Source: Candidatus Marinacidobacterales bacterium (lineage in GTDB: Bacteria; Acidobacteriota; Vicinamibacteria; Marinacidobacterales; DATDRI01). Taken from it: a stretch of 64,000 nt of DNA. The position numbers and the translations under genes were made by a program. The DNA lies in NCBI GenBank assembly GCA_965226495.1, contig OZ245365.1:2304001-2368000 (forward strand), in the 5' to 3' direction. A model generated the notes under the pieces. The model was not told the origin of the DNA, made no database searches, and saw nothing but the letters and a program-made list of their open reading frames with translations. This document shows, piece by piece, positions 39,632 to 48,324 of the stretch. The first letter of the stretch is position 1, and each line of letters opens with the position of its first letter.

Positions 39632-40723
39632 CTACGGCCAGTTCCGGGAAGGGCTCATGAAGGAGCCTCCGGTTGCGAGAGCGAGCTTCCAGTAGGCACT
39701 AGATGCCATCGGATCGCCCTCCATGGGAAAAAGAATGACGTTCATCGGTACCTTCGATTGAAGCGCCTTCACTGCTTCGTTGAAGAGCTTGATGCGGTCC
39801 TTGCCGGATATCGTGCTGCGCCGGGAGGGTGACCGACCCTGAGTGGGGAGGCCGTCCACGAGCAACATGATGTTGTCGGGCGCGGGTCGCAGCGTTCGGA
39901 TCGATTGAAGCGCTTGATACAGATTCGTTCCCCCCTGCGGCACGACGCTGCGAAGCTGCTGCACCGTTTCGTCGAGCACTTTTCGGTCACCGCCGTCCAG
40001 CCAGTCACCGTCCGTGCCCGGCATCACCGAGCTGACGCTGGTGTTGAAGGTGTAGATCTGAAAGCTCGAGTCCCTGGGGATTTGTGTGGTCAACCAATCG
40101 ACGGTGGCCAGCGTTTGTTGCCACTTGTCGGCGCGGATCTTGACGTGGTCGGGAAGGTTCCGGCGTCGCACTACGTTGACGATCGTCGACGCAAGCATGC
40201 TCGCGGATGCATCGACCAGGAACAGAATCCGGCGGCCTCCGACCTTGAGACCGGTGAGGTATTGCCGGTCTCCGTCCCCGACGAATGTTCGAATTTTGTC
40301 CCCGGGAGTCTCTTCGCTTGGAGCGGCTGCCGACAGTCGCTTGACGTCTTCCTCGAGAGATTTCAAATCCGCCTTCAGACGGTTGATGTGCTCTCGTTGT
40401 GCGACGGTTGAGTCCTGATAGGTGGCAAGTTCGACTCGGATCTCCTCGAGGGTTTCGATGAGGCGCCGGGAAAGTCCGGCGGTGACGACGTTTTCCTCAT
40501 CGATCTCGCGAAGCGAGTTTTTGACCTCGACGAGGTTCTGGTAGCCCTCGAGGACTTCTTCCTCCAATCGGTTGACTTCGCCCTGAAGCTCTCCGGTCAT
40601 GCGTCCCGAGATCCTGCCGAAGCTGGCGGTAACGATCATGAAGAACAGAACCACCGCGCCGAAGCCACAGGTCATGGCGTCCAAGAAGGACAGGCTGAGA
40701 ACGTTGATCCTACGGCGTGCCAT
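39632..40723 (-). CDS. ExbD/TolR-like TM, coiled coil and vWA domain protein (paralog)
   Basis: LSLSFLDAMTCGFGAVVLFF; MIDAS LVDASASM; GGTNL; LVDGLP; LALATGG. Confidence 0.85.
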   Translation of the reverse strand: MARRRINVLSLSFLDAMTCGFGAVVLFFMIVTASFGRISGRMTGELQGEVNRLEEEVLEGYQNLVEVKNSLREIDEENVVTAGLSRRLIETLEEIRVELATYQDSTVAQREHINRLKADLKSLEEDVKRLSAAAPSEETPGDKIRTFVGDGDRQYLTGLKVGGRRILFLVDASASMLASTIVNVVRRRNLPDHVKIRADKWQQTLATVDWLTTQIPRDSSFQIYTFNTSVSSVMPGTDGDWLDGGDRKVLDETVQQLRSVVPQGGTNLYQALQSIRTLRPAPDNIMLLVDGLPTQGRSPSRRSTISGKDRIKLFNEAVKALQSKVPMNVILFPMEGDPMASSAYWKLALATGGSFMSPSRNWP

Positions 40724-42173
40724 CCGAATCCATCACGGCGATGAGGCGCAGCTCGACGCCGGGAGTGCCGACTCTCAAGCGATCTCCCGCGGCGAGAACC
40801 GCCTTCGTTTCGATCCGTTTTTCGTTGAGAAAGCAACCGTAGCTGCTGTGATCCTCGAGCAAGACTCGATCGTCGAGACGATAGATGCTGCAATGGGAAT
40901 GTGAGATTCCGGCGGTCGATCCGGCTCGCTCTGCCAGGTCAATACCGCGCCTTCCCTCCGGCACCGTCAGTCCTATTACGAAAGGCTCCGACGTGATCGA
41001 GTGGGCGAGTCCTTCATATAGAACGTGTGTCGGTGCTCGCGAGCCTTGAGGGCGGTCCGTGACGACCGGAGCCGGGGGGCCCACGACGTCAGCGCTTCCT
41101 GGAATGGTATCGCTCTGTGTGATGCGGGTGACGAAGGGTAGCTCTTCTCCTGCCTCTCCAGGGTGAGCGGAGCGAAAGTGTTTGACCAACTTCAGGGCAC
41201 CTTTCGCACCGGCCGCGCCGGGGAGAGCCACTAGGTTCTCATTGGCCAGTCTCAAGAACTCCTCTAGCCCGGGAAGCTCGGTCATTCGTTTCGACAAGAG
41301 CAGGGTCGCTTGCTGCCCGGCGGGTTCCAGTGCTTTGGCGAGCCGCGCGAGGGTTTCATAGAGCGGTTGGGCACAGGCCACAATCTGCTCGCGGGTGATT
41401 TCGATTGCGTGATCCTTCCCCGCGGCCTCCATGACGAGAGTGACTCTGTCCTCTCGTTGAAGCTCGTCGAGCCATCCTGGCAGGCGAAGGTAGAGAGCTT
41501 GCTCGCTCTCACCTCGATGAAGGGGGTCGAAACGGGTGGTGCGGACGAAAACTTGAGCAATGAGCCTCACCCAAGCGTCGAACAACGCGACGAGACCGAC
41601 CTCGTCGTTTACCTCGATGCGTGCCCGCTTCACTTCGCCTCTCACTTGTGGGTCGCGCTCGACTCTCGTGGCCACCGTTCGATGCAGGTGAAGATCCAGG
41701 TGAATGGCCACGGGTGTCGGGCTGGACGCCTCGTCGGAGAGCCCGGACAGAGTGGAGGAAGCTACCGAAGAATCGATCATTCCCGTTACAGGCATCCCGC
41801 ACGCGCGGGCGATTCCTAAGACGAGTCCCAACTGTTTCTGCGAAAAACATCCGGGTATTGCCAAAACGACGTCATCGGTTCGTTCCCGAGTGGACTCCCA
41901 AATCTCTTTGAGATGGGCGTGAGCTAGATCGGCGCGCCGAAGGGTTTTGGGAAAAGGCCGAGGGAGGGGTGTCGTATCGAGCTCTTCCCAGAAGCGGTCG
42001 TATGTCCACCGCGGTTTCAGCCGGGCGCGGCTCGCCGCGTTACGTCCGGTGAGGAGGGTTTCTCCGTCCAGGACGACGACACCAGGACTAGGAGAAATGG
42101 CCCCGGTTTCCGGATCGGAATCGCGCACCGCTTCGATGCCGATGTCGTTGAGCTCTATCGCCAAAACACTCAT
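40710..42173 (-). CDS. Hsp70/actin-fold-like protein with C-terminal FHA domain
   Basis: VLAIPGCF...GIARACGMPVTGMIDSSVA parallels the DnaK VITVPAYF...AGL.V..II.EP.AA segment. FHA: ISHSHC...EDHSSYGCFLN...GDRLRVG. Confidence 0.7.
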   Translation of the reverse strand: MSVLAIELNDIGIEAVRDSDPETGAISPSPGVVVLDGETLLTGRNAASRARLKPRWTYDRFWEELDTTPLPRPFPKTLRRADLAHAHLKEIWESTRERTDDVVLAIPGCFSQKQLGLVLGIARACGMPVTGMIDSSVASSTLSGLSDEASSPTPVAIHLDLHLHRTVATRVERDPQVRGEVKRARIEVNDEVGLVALFDAWVRLIAQVFVRTTRFDPLHRGESEQALYLRLPGWLDELQREDRVTLVMEAAGKDHAIEITREQIVACAQPLYETLARLAKALEPAGQQATLLLSKRMTELPGLEEFLRLANENLVALPGAAGAKGALKLVKHFRSAHPGEAGEELPFVTRITQSDTIPGSADVVGPPAPVVTDRPQGSRAPTHVLYEGLAHSITSEPFVIGLTVPEGRRGIDLAERAGSTAGISHSHCSIYRLDDRVLLEDHSSYGCFLNEKRIETKAVLAAGDRLRVGTPGVELRLIAVMDSDGTP

Positions 42174-42178
42174 CGCGA

Positions 42179-42976
42179 CTATGAAACTCGAAGATGTTGG
42201 ATGAGGTGTTGGTCAAGGTAGGTCTCGGTGTCGGCTACCAGCCGTTCCTGTTGAAGCTGCAGCTGGTGAAGGAGGAACATGAGCACGATACTGATCAGGA
42301 GCGCGATAAAGGTGGAATTGAAAGCAACACCCAGACTTTGAGTGACGCCCGCGATGTCTCCTTCAACTGCCTTGTGCGCCTGCCCGAGGGCCTCGCCGAT
42401 ACCGCGGACGGTCCCGATGAATCCGATCGAAGGAATGGCCCACGCGATGTAGCGAACCATCGACAGCTCGGAGTCCAATCGCTCCGACTCCGCCTCGGCG
42501 ACGCCGTGAGCGGTCGTAGAGACGTCTTGAATGTTGCGTGTGGCACCGAAGCGGGCCAGCGCCGAGAGCACAGCGCGCGGAAGCAGCAGACGTTGCTGGG
42601 AATCCGGCAGGGCTTGGATCTGACGTGCATACTCGCGCGCATCTTCCGGCAAGATCTTGGTTCCCTCGGCGACGGGAACCAGATCTAGCTCGAGCAGTTT
42701 TTTCTCGCGTGCAGCGTCCGTCGCCTTGTGCGACATGATGGCCATGGCCCATAGCATCAAGACGAAACAAGATTCTTGCTCGAAGTCGCGGATGATCACG
42801 AAGACCGATCGCTCCGGAACATAGTTTTCGCCGGTCTCCATGAGTGCTTGTTGTTCAGCTAGGATGTAATCCGCTCGCGGACGAACAACGAGGACGTAGA
42901 TGGCATGCACGATGATGATGGCGACGATCAAGGACACGGTTTGGAACACGAACTCCACTGGGTATGCTTTCTTCAT
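42179..42976 (-). CDS. MotA/TolQ/ExbB proton-channel family protein
   Basis: AIPSIGFIGTVRGI and GVAFNSTFIAL motifs. Confidence 0.92.
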   Translation of the reverse strand: MKKAYPVEFVFQTVSLIVAIIIVHAIYVLVVRPRADYILAEQQALMETGENYVPERSVFVIIRDFEQESCFVLMLWAMAIMSHKATDAAREKKLLELDLVPVAEGTKILPEDAREYARQIQALPDSQQRLLLPRAVLSALARFGATRNIQDVSTTAHGVAEAESERLDSELSMVRYIAWAIPSIGFIGTVRGIGEALGQAHKAVEGDIAGVTQSLGVAFNSTFIALLISIVLMFLLHQLQLQQERLVADTETYLDQHLIQHLRVS

Positions 42977-42990
42977 TCGCCAAGCACCTT

Positions 42991-43224
42991 TCAGATGTCT
43001 ACCGGGAACGAGATGGCGCTATCAACGGGAACCTTCTCCGAGGGGGTGAAGGACTCCAGCTCTTCTTCTTGTTGTGCTTTTGTTTTGGAGTCCTTCTCCT
43101 GTGAAGAGGGCTCCTCCGCTTCTTTGCTTTCAGGCGGTTCACTAGGTGGGGGTGACTGTTGGGTTCCCATCACCGCGCCACCCGCGATCGCGGTGGCCAG
43201 GATCGTATAGAGCAAATATCTCAT
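42991..43224 (-). CDS. Small exported protein ending FTPSEKVPVDSAISFPVDI
   Basis: Signal peptide, acidic/Pro linker and compact C-terminal motif; AGGA RBS; lies within the operon. Confidence 0.75.
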   Translation of the reverse strand: MRYLLYTILATAIAGGAVMGTQQSPPPSEPPESKEAEEPSSQEKDSKTKAQQEEELESFTPSEKVPVDSAISFPVDI

Positions 43225-43244
43225 CGGTCGTTCCTCGTCTTTAA

Positions 43245-43503
43245 TGCATCAGTGCGCGCTCACTCTTCGTTCGCGCGCTTGGCCTCGCTCCTCGCTCGGC
43301 TTCTCGCTGTCGGCCCACTCGGGCCGGGCTCGCTCCGCTCGCGAGGGTGCGGTGAATTTCGTGAGCACCCTCTCGTGCATCAGTGCGCGCTCAGTCATTA
43401 ATTGATGGCGCGGGGCCCCACCCCCACGCCTCATGCTCCGTCGACTGGCGACTGCGCATGGGCTCATGGCTGTCGCTTCCGCGGGGCGCCACCCCCACGG
43501 CTC
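43245..43503. repeat. Cluster of REP-like intergenic repeats
   Basis: 18-bp direct repeat TGCATCAGTGCGCGCTCA (43245, 43376); 24-bp repeat CGCGGGGC.CCACCCCCACG.CTC (43409, 43480); CTCGCTCC motifs. Confidence 0.7.
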
Positions 43504-43557
43504 GTCCCTTCGCCGACAAGCGGCTGCGGGACGGCTGACGGCTCTGCTCGGCGTGTA

Positions 43558-45972
43558 TCATTCGGCGTATCGGGCTATTCTAAAGCCCAAATCGGGCCGT
43601 GGCTTATTGCCGTAGTCGCGATAGCTGAGCCGCAATTCGGTAACGCTGCCGTCCATCCAGCTCGACCCGCGGATCGCGTAGAGCTCGCCCTCTTTTGGCC
43701 CCAGTGGATCCTTGGCTATTTCGGCTCCGGATGGATAGATGGTGTAATAGTCGTGCATCCACTCCGCAACGTTCCCGCCCAAGTTCAATATTCCTAGCGG
43801 ATTAGGCGGAAAGCCCTCCGCCGGAGCCGTTGCGGGGTAAGAATCGTCGTACTGGGGGAGTGTGGTCGGGACCAAGCCGCGTGCAGACGCGTCGGCATAG
43901 TTGCCGGAGTTGGCGGCCACTGGGAGAGAGTCGCCCCATGGGTACTTTCGTCCCGCTTGACCGTCTGGGTAACGGGCGACGCGAACCCACTCGGCTTCCG
44001 TCGGCAGACGGTAACCCATGGTGGGCGGCACCACTGCGACGAGGCTTCCCCCGCGTGAGTCGTATGCCGGAGGCCACGATTCTTTTTGGCTCAGCCAATT
44101 GCAGTATCGCGCCGCGGCCGACCAGGTGACGCGGACGACGGGATGGTGATCGATATCCAAGTTCAGCCCGGCCACGCGTCCCGAACGATGCTTCGGATCG
44201 AGCTTACGAAACTGTTGGTTGGTCACTTCCTGCACCGCAAGATAATAACGTCGCGACAGCTCGACCTCGCGGAGGGTCTCGTTGGCACGCCGTCCTGGTT
44301 CGCGTCTCGACGCTCCCATGCGGAAACGGGCGGGCTGGATGAGACGTAACTGGTGGCCTTCCGAAGTGGTGATCACAGCCGGCGTCAATGCCGCCTTGGC
44401 TTCTTCGAGCGTTCTCAGGGTTACTTCGATCGATTGTGGAAAGCCTGGCCTTGGTGTGAGCGTGGTGGTAAACGCTTCGTAACCCTCTTTGCGTACTTCG
44501 ATCTGTTGGGGCAGGGCGACGAGGCTTAGTGTTTGGTTAGCCGAGCCTCGCTCCTCGCCATTCACATACAACACCGCATCCGGCGGATCGCTGACCACTT
44601 CCAATTTTCCGAGCAGAGGGGCGAGCTCGATACTCAGGGTTTGCTCACTCCCGGATTCGATTCGCGCTTCCTGTGTCTGCGTTTCGTAGCCAGCTCGGGA
44701 CACTTCGACTTGATGGCCCACTCTCGGCTGCAAGTCGACCGTCAACGGAGTCTCTCCGCTATAGACGCCATCGACTGTCACGGTGGCTCCGGGTGGGTTG
44801 CTCTCGACGGTCAGCAGTCCGTCCGCCACCGTGAGCCGAGCAGTGGGGAGAGTCTGCGCCTCACCCGCGACCACGGCGAGTCCACTTCGATACGGTTTAT
44901 GTCCTTTCAGCATAAGCGTGAAAGTGTGAGCGCCTTCCATGAGATCCGCCGTTAATGGCGTGCTGCCGATCCCCAGGCCGTTGACCTCCACGGTTGCGCC
45001 CGGAGGTTGGGATGTGAACGAGATAGCGCCCCAGCGCGGTTCGAGCACCGCGTCGAGAGTCTCGGTGCTTCCGGCGCCCTCAATGTGCACGCGGGTCAAG
45101 AAGTCTTTGTGGTTTTCGGCGCGGATCAACACTTCGTGCTCGCCAGGGGGAAGCTCTAGTTCCGCGACCGGGGTGACGCCGATCTCCTCGCCGTCTATCG
45201 TTACGACTGCGCCTTCCGATGGCACCGTCGATAACACGAGGACGCCGGGCCGTTTCGTGAGGACGAAGAGCAGGCGTTGGTTCCGCTCATCGGTGACGGT
45301 CACCTCCGTCTCGACCGGTCGATAACCTTCCTTTTCGATGACCACGGTGTGTTTGCCTTGTCGAAGCATGTATCGCCCACCGAGCTCGAGTTTGAAATAG
45401 GTGTTTTGGAAATCGATTTGCGCTTCCCCGGGCTCGGTTTCGACCAGGACCGATCGCGCGGTGAAGACGAAATACGCTGCCGCTGCCAAAAGAGCGAGAG
45501 ACGTCCAGAGAACAACCTCACGGGTGCGGATGGGGGGACGCTCCCGGTGGGTAGGCCCGACGCGGACTGGCTCGAACGCAATCGGTTTGACCGCTGCCCC
45601 GGAGATATCGGACGTCCCGGGCATCCCGGAAGGGGGGTGTTCGGTGGGAGGAAGGACCGGCGGATCGGTTTTCTGCGCCGTCTTCCATTTCTCGACGCGG
45701 AGGCGAATCTGCTCCTCTCCAAACTCGACGCTAACCTGCATCTTCCCGATCCGGACGACATCTCCGTCTCGCAGCCACCGAGATGTTTTCAGTAGCGTGC
45801 TATTGCAAAGGATCGGTAAATCGGAGCTCGCCGGCTGTACGAAGAGCTCTCCGTCGGCGGACCCGATATGGGCGCTGGTCTGGGCTCCGGGACTCCTGGG
45901 AAGCGCGAGCGGAAACTCGTCGGGTCTCACCCGTCGCGTGCCGCTTTCATCAACGAGGTAAACGGGTAGCAT
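43558..45972 (-). CDS. FHA-like, TM, multiple PEGA and FGE-sulfatase (SUMF1) domain protein
   Basis: WLRDGDVVRIG; about five S.P.GA.V.VDG..G.TP repeats; FRMGAS, YRLPTEAEW, GNVAEW and GFRIAR motifs. Confidence 0.9.
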   Translation of the reverse strand: MLPVYLVDESGTRRVRPDEFPLALPRSPGAQTSAHIGSADGELFVQPASSDLPILCNSTLLKTSRWLRDGDVVRIGKMQVSVEFGEEQIRLRVEKWKTAQKTDPPVLPPTEHPPSGMPGTSDISGAAVKPIAFEPVRVGPTHRERPPIRTREVVLWTSLALLAAAAYFVFTARSVLVETEPGEAQIDFQNTYFKLELGGRYMLRQGKHTVVIEKEGYRPVETEVTVTDERNQRLLFVLTKRPGVLVLSTVPSEGAVVTIDGEEIGVTPVAELELPPGEHEVLIRAENHKDFLTRVHIEGAGSTETLDAVLEPRWGAISFTSQPPGATVEVNGLGIGSTPLTADLMEGAHTFTLMLKGHKPYRSGLAVVAGEAQTLPTARLTVADGLLTVESNPPGATVTVDGVYSGETPLTVDLQPRVGHQVEVSRAGYETQTQEARIESGSEQTLSIELAPLLGKLEVVSDPPDAVLYVNGEERGSANQTLSLVALPQQIEVRKEGYEAFTTTLTPRPGFPQSIEVTLRTLEEAKAALTPAVITTSEGHQLRLIQPARFRMGASRREPGRRANETLREVELSRRYYLAVQEVTNQQFRKLDPKHRSGRVAGLNLDIDHHPVVRVTWSAAARYCNWLSQKESWPPAYDSRGGSLVAVVPPTMGYRLPTEAEWVRVARYPDGQAGRKYPWGDSLPVAANSGNYADASARGLVPTTLPQYDDSYPATAPAEGFPPNPLGILNLGGNVAEWMHDYYTIYPSGAEIAKDPLGPKEGELYAIRGSSWMDGSVTELRLSYRDYGNKPRPDLGFRIARYAE

Positions 45973-48305
45973 CAAATCTCTTCCTCGCAGCGAACGACGA
46001 GTGGGGAAAGTGAGTTGCCGGCTTCGACGACGAGTTTCAGGCGAACATCGCGGTAGCCTGGCCGGCTTCCAACGACCGTGTAGGTGCCCGGACGAAGCTG
46101 GAGGGTATGTTGATCGAACCTACCCAACCGGCCGACTTTGTAGACGACGATTTCGGTTTTATTGTCCGATTGGAGTTGAACGGGAATCAGCGTCGACGCG
46201 TCGCGGATGGTTTTGTCGAGCGTACGTCGTTGTTGTTCGAGGCGCGGCCCCGACGGCTCGATTTGAGATGCGGTCTCGAGAACAGCAGACGCGGTTTGAA
46301 GCACCTTGATGTCAGAAAGGCGCTCGGCATTCTTGATATGGAAATCCAGTTGATCCGAGAGCGCGGCCCGACGGTCGGTCTTCTCCTTGCCCTCTTGAGC
46401 GAATCGAATCGTAGCGTCCAACTCGAGGACCGCGTCGTAGTGCTCGGCCGCCTTGTGCCACTCTTCTCTCGATTCGAGGTCCGCGGCGTTCTCGCGATGG
46501 AGGGCTATTACCTGAAGCCGCAGACCTTCTTCTGCTTGCGCGATCCCTTCTGCAACCTGGGCGGCGGCGCGCGGTTTGATACTGCCGGCTCGCTGGAAGG
46601 CTTCGCGCGCGGCTCGATAGTCTTCACGGTTGATAGCGGAGACACCCTCGGACATAGCCGCACGAAAGGCACCATCGGTCATGGCTCGTTCGACGCGGCC
46701 CAATGCGTCCCTGGCTGACCGCGACGCAGAGTCTAAAGAGAGTCCTTTCTTGTAGCTGTCAGCCGCTTGGTCTAGATCGCCATTCCTTTCGTGCTCCGCA
46801 CCCTGCGCGAGCAATGACACGACTTCATTGGAGACGCCCGCTCGCCTTAGACCGGCGAGCGCGGTTCGATTGTTGGGATCGACCTGCATGGCAAGCTCGA
46901 AGGCGACCCTGGCCGCGCCCGAGTCACCGCTGGCGAGGGCTGTCTGTCCATCGGCCAAGGCTTGACGTAAGACCTCTACGGCTCGAGAGGACAAGGTCTG
47001 AAAGCCGGCGACCGCCTCTTCATAGGCCTCGAGAGCGTGCGCATACTCGCGACCGCGGAGTTGATCGTCACCCCGATCGAGGGCGGCCATCGCGGCGGGG
47101 TATTTTTCGCCGCCCCAAATCGAGACGCTCTTTGCCTGGAGCTCGTCGCGCCACCGGACGGCGGCCTCGCGTGCTTGTTCGGCGAGTGTCTTAAGCTCCG
47201 CTTCCTGTCGCAGATCGGAAACGGCCGAGGGCTGGACGTTCTGAATTCGCTCAGGGGGGGGAAGGGATGACGCCGGTCCGTGGGACGGATCACCCTGCAT
47301 AGACTGCCTGGCCGGCGACCCGCTAGGTGCCCAACGGGGGAGGAAGACGAAGACGGCGATGGTGGCGAGAATGAGGACCCCGAGGGTGGCAATTGTCGTC
47401 CATCCCAAACCGCCGCCGGAGGATACTCTCGATCGAATCGGCGCAGCTCCGGGCGGGGCTGCCGGTTTGATCTTCTCGATGCGCGGCGGTGGCGTGACGT
47501 TTATTTTCGATGGCACTCTCGACGGGACTGCCGGCTTGGCCCTTGGAGAAATTGGCCCGACGACCGACTTCCTGATCGACGCCAGGGTTGCCTTGACCTC
47601 TGCCATATCGTTTGGACGGTCTGCGGGGTCGTCGCTGAATAAGGACGCCAATAGCGACGTGAGCTCCTCCGGCAACTGTGGGTGATCGCTCAAGAGATCA
47701 TAGAGGAGAGCGCCTAACGCATAAATGTCGTCGGCGCGCGTCGGCTCGTCGCCGGCGCGTTGCTGCGGGCTCATGCTGGAAGGCGATCCCCCACCGGAGA
47801 TTTCCGAAGGGGTCGACCGCGAGTCGAGCAACCCGGCGATGCCGAAGTCGAGCAACTGTGGCTCGCCGTGTCGATCCAACAAGACGTTGGCCGCTTTGAG
47901 ATCGCGGTGTACGACGCCTTGCCGGTGCGCGTAATCGAGCGCATGCGTCACCGGTAGCAGTACGTCCAAGATCTCTTCTAAGGGATGACCTCGAAGCTGA
48001 CCAATGTCTTCTCCCTCGACGTATGCCATGGAGATGAAGCGGACGCCTTCTTCGTCGTGCACGTCGTAGACGCGTACGATGTTCGGGTGAACGAGGCCAC
48101 GAGCATTCCGGCACTCGCGTTTGAGAAGCGCTACCCGTTCGTCGGAGTATCCCTGCGCATCATCCGGCGCGAGCACTTTGACGACGACCTGCTCTTCGAG
48201 CTCCTGGTCCTCGACCAGCCAGACTTCGCCCATTCCTCCCTGGCCGAGAGGACGGATTAGGGTAAAGCGTCGGCCGAGTGATTGGCCACGGGCCAGCGCC
48301 GCCAT
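45972..48305 (-). CDS. Ser/Thr kinase with TM helix, TPR region and a PEGA-like C-terminus
   Basis: GQGGMG, VVVK, HRDLKAAN and DFG motifs; TM helix; helical repeats; LRPGTYTVVGSRPGYRDVR. The start may be 48353. Confidence 0.88.
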   Translation of the reverse strand: MAALARGQSLGRRFTLIRPLGQGGMGEVWLVEDQELEEQVVVKVLAPDDAQGYSDERVALLKRECRNARGLVHPNIVRVYDVHDEEGVRFISMAYVEGEDIGQLRGHPLEEILDVLLPVTHALDYAHRQGVVHRDLKAANVLLDRHGEPQLLDFGIAGLLDSRSTPSEISGGGSPSSMSPQQRAGDEPTRADDIYALGALLYDLLSDHPQLPEELTSLLASLFSDDPADRPNDMAEVKATLASIRKSVVGPISPRAKPAVPSRVPSKINVTPPPRIEKIKPAAPPGAAPIRSRVSSGGGLGWTTIATLGVLILATIAVFVFLPRWAPSGSPARQSMQGDPSHGPASSLPPPERIQNVQPSAVSDLRQEAELKTLAEQAREAAVRWRDELQAKSVSIWGGEKYPAAMAALDRGDDQLRGREYAHALEAYEEAVAGFQTLSSRAVEVLRQALADGQTALASGDSGAARVAFELAMQVDPNNRTALAGLRRAGVSNEVVSLLAQGAEHERNGDLDQAADSYKKGLSLDSASRSARDALGRVERAMTDGAFRAAMSEGVSAINREDYRAAREAFQRAGSIKPRAAAQVAEGIAQAEEGLRLQVIALHRENAADLESREEWHKAAEHYDAVLELDATIRFAQEGKEKTDRRAALSDQLDFHIKNAERLSDIKVLQTASAVLETASQIEPSGPRLEQQRRTLDKTIRDASTLIPVQLQSDNKTEIVVYKVGRLGRFDQHTLQLRPGTYTVVGSRPGYRDVRLKLVVEAGNSLSPLVVRCEEEI

Positions 48306-48324
48306 GGAGCTCCGGTCGCGCGCC

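Noticed and set aside
38616-42976. Canonical Zorya, Ton or Tol-Pal system
   Set aside because: No OmpA-domain ZorB, long-tailed ZorA, ZorC/D/E, TonB/TolA, TolB or Pal in the operon.
43245-43503. CRISPR array
   Set aside because: Only two copies of each repeat, irregular spacing and no cas genes in the window.
43558-44400. DGR target (FGE/C-type-lectin-fold variable region)
   Set aside because: No reverse transcriptase in the window, and I saw no template repeat differing at adenines.
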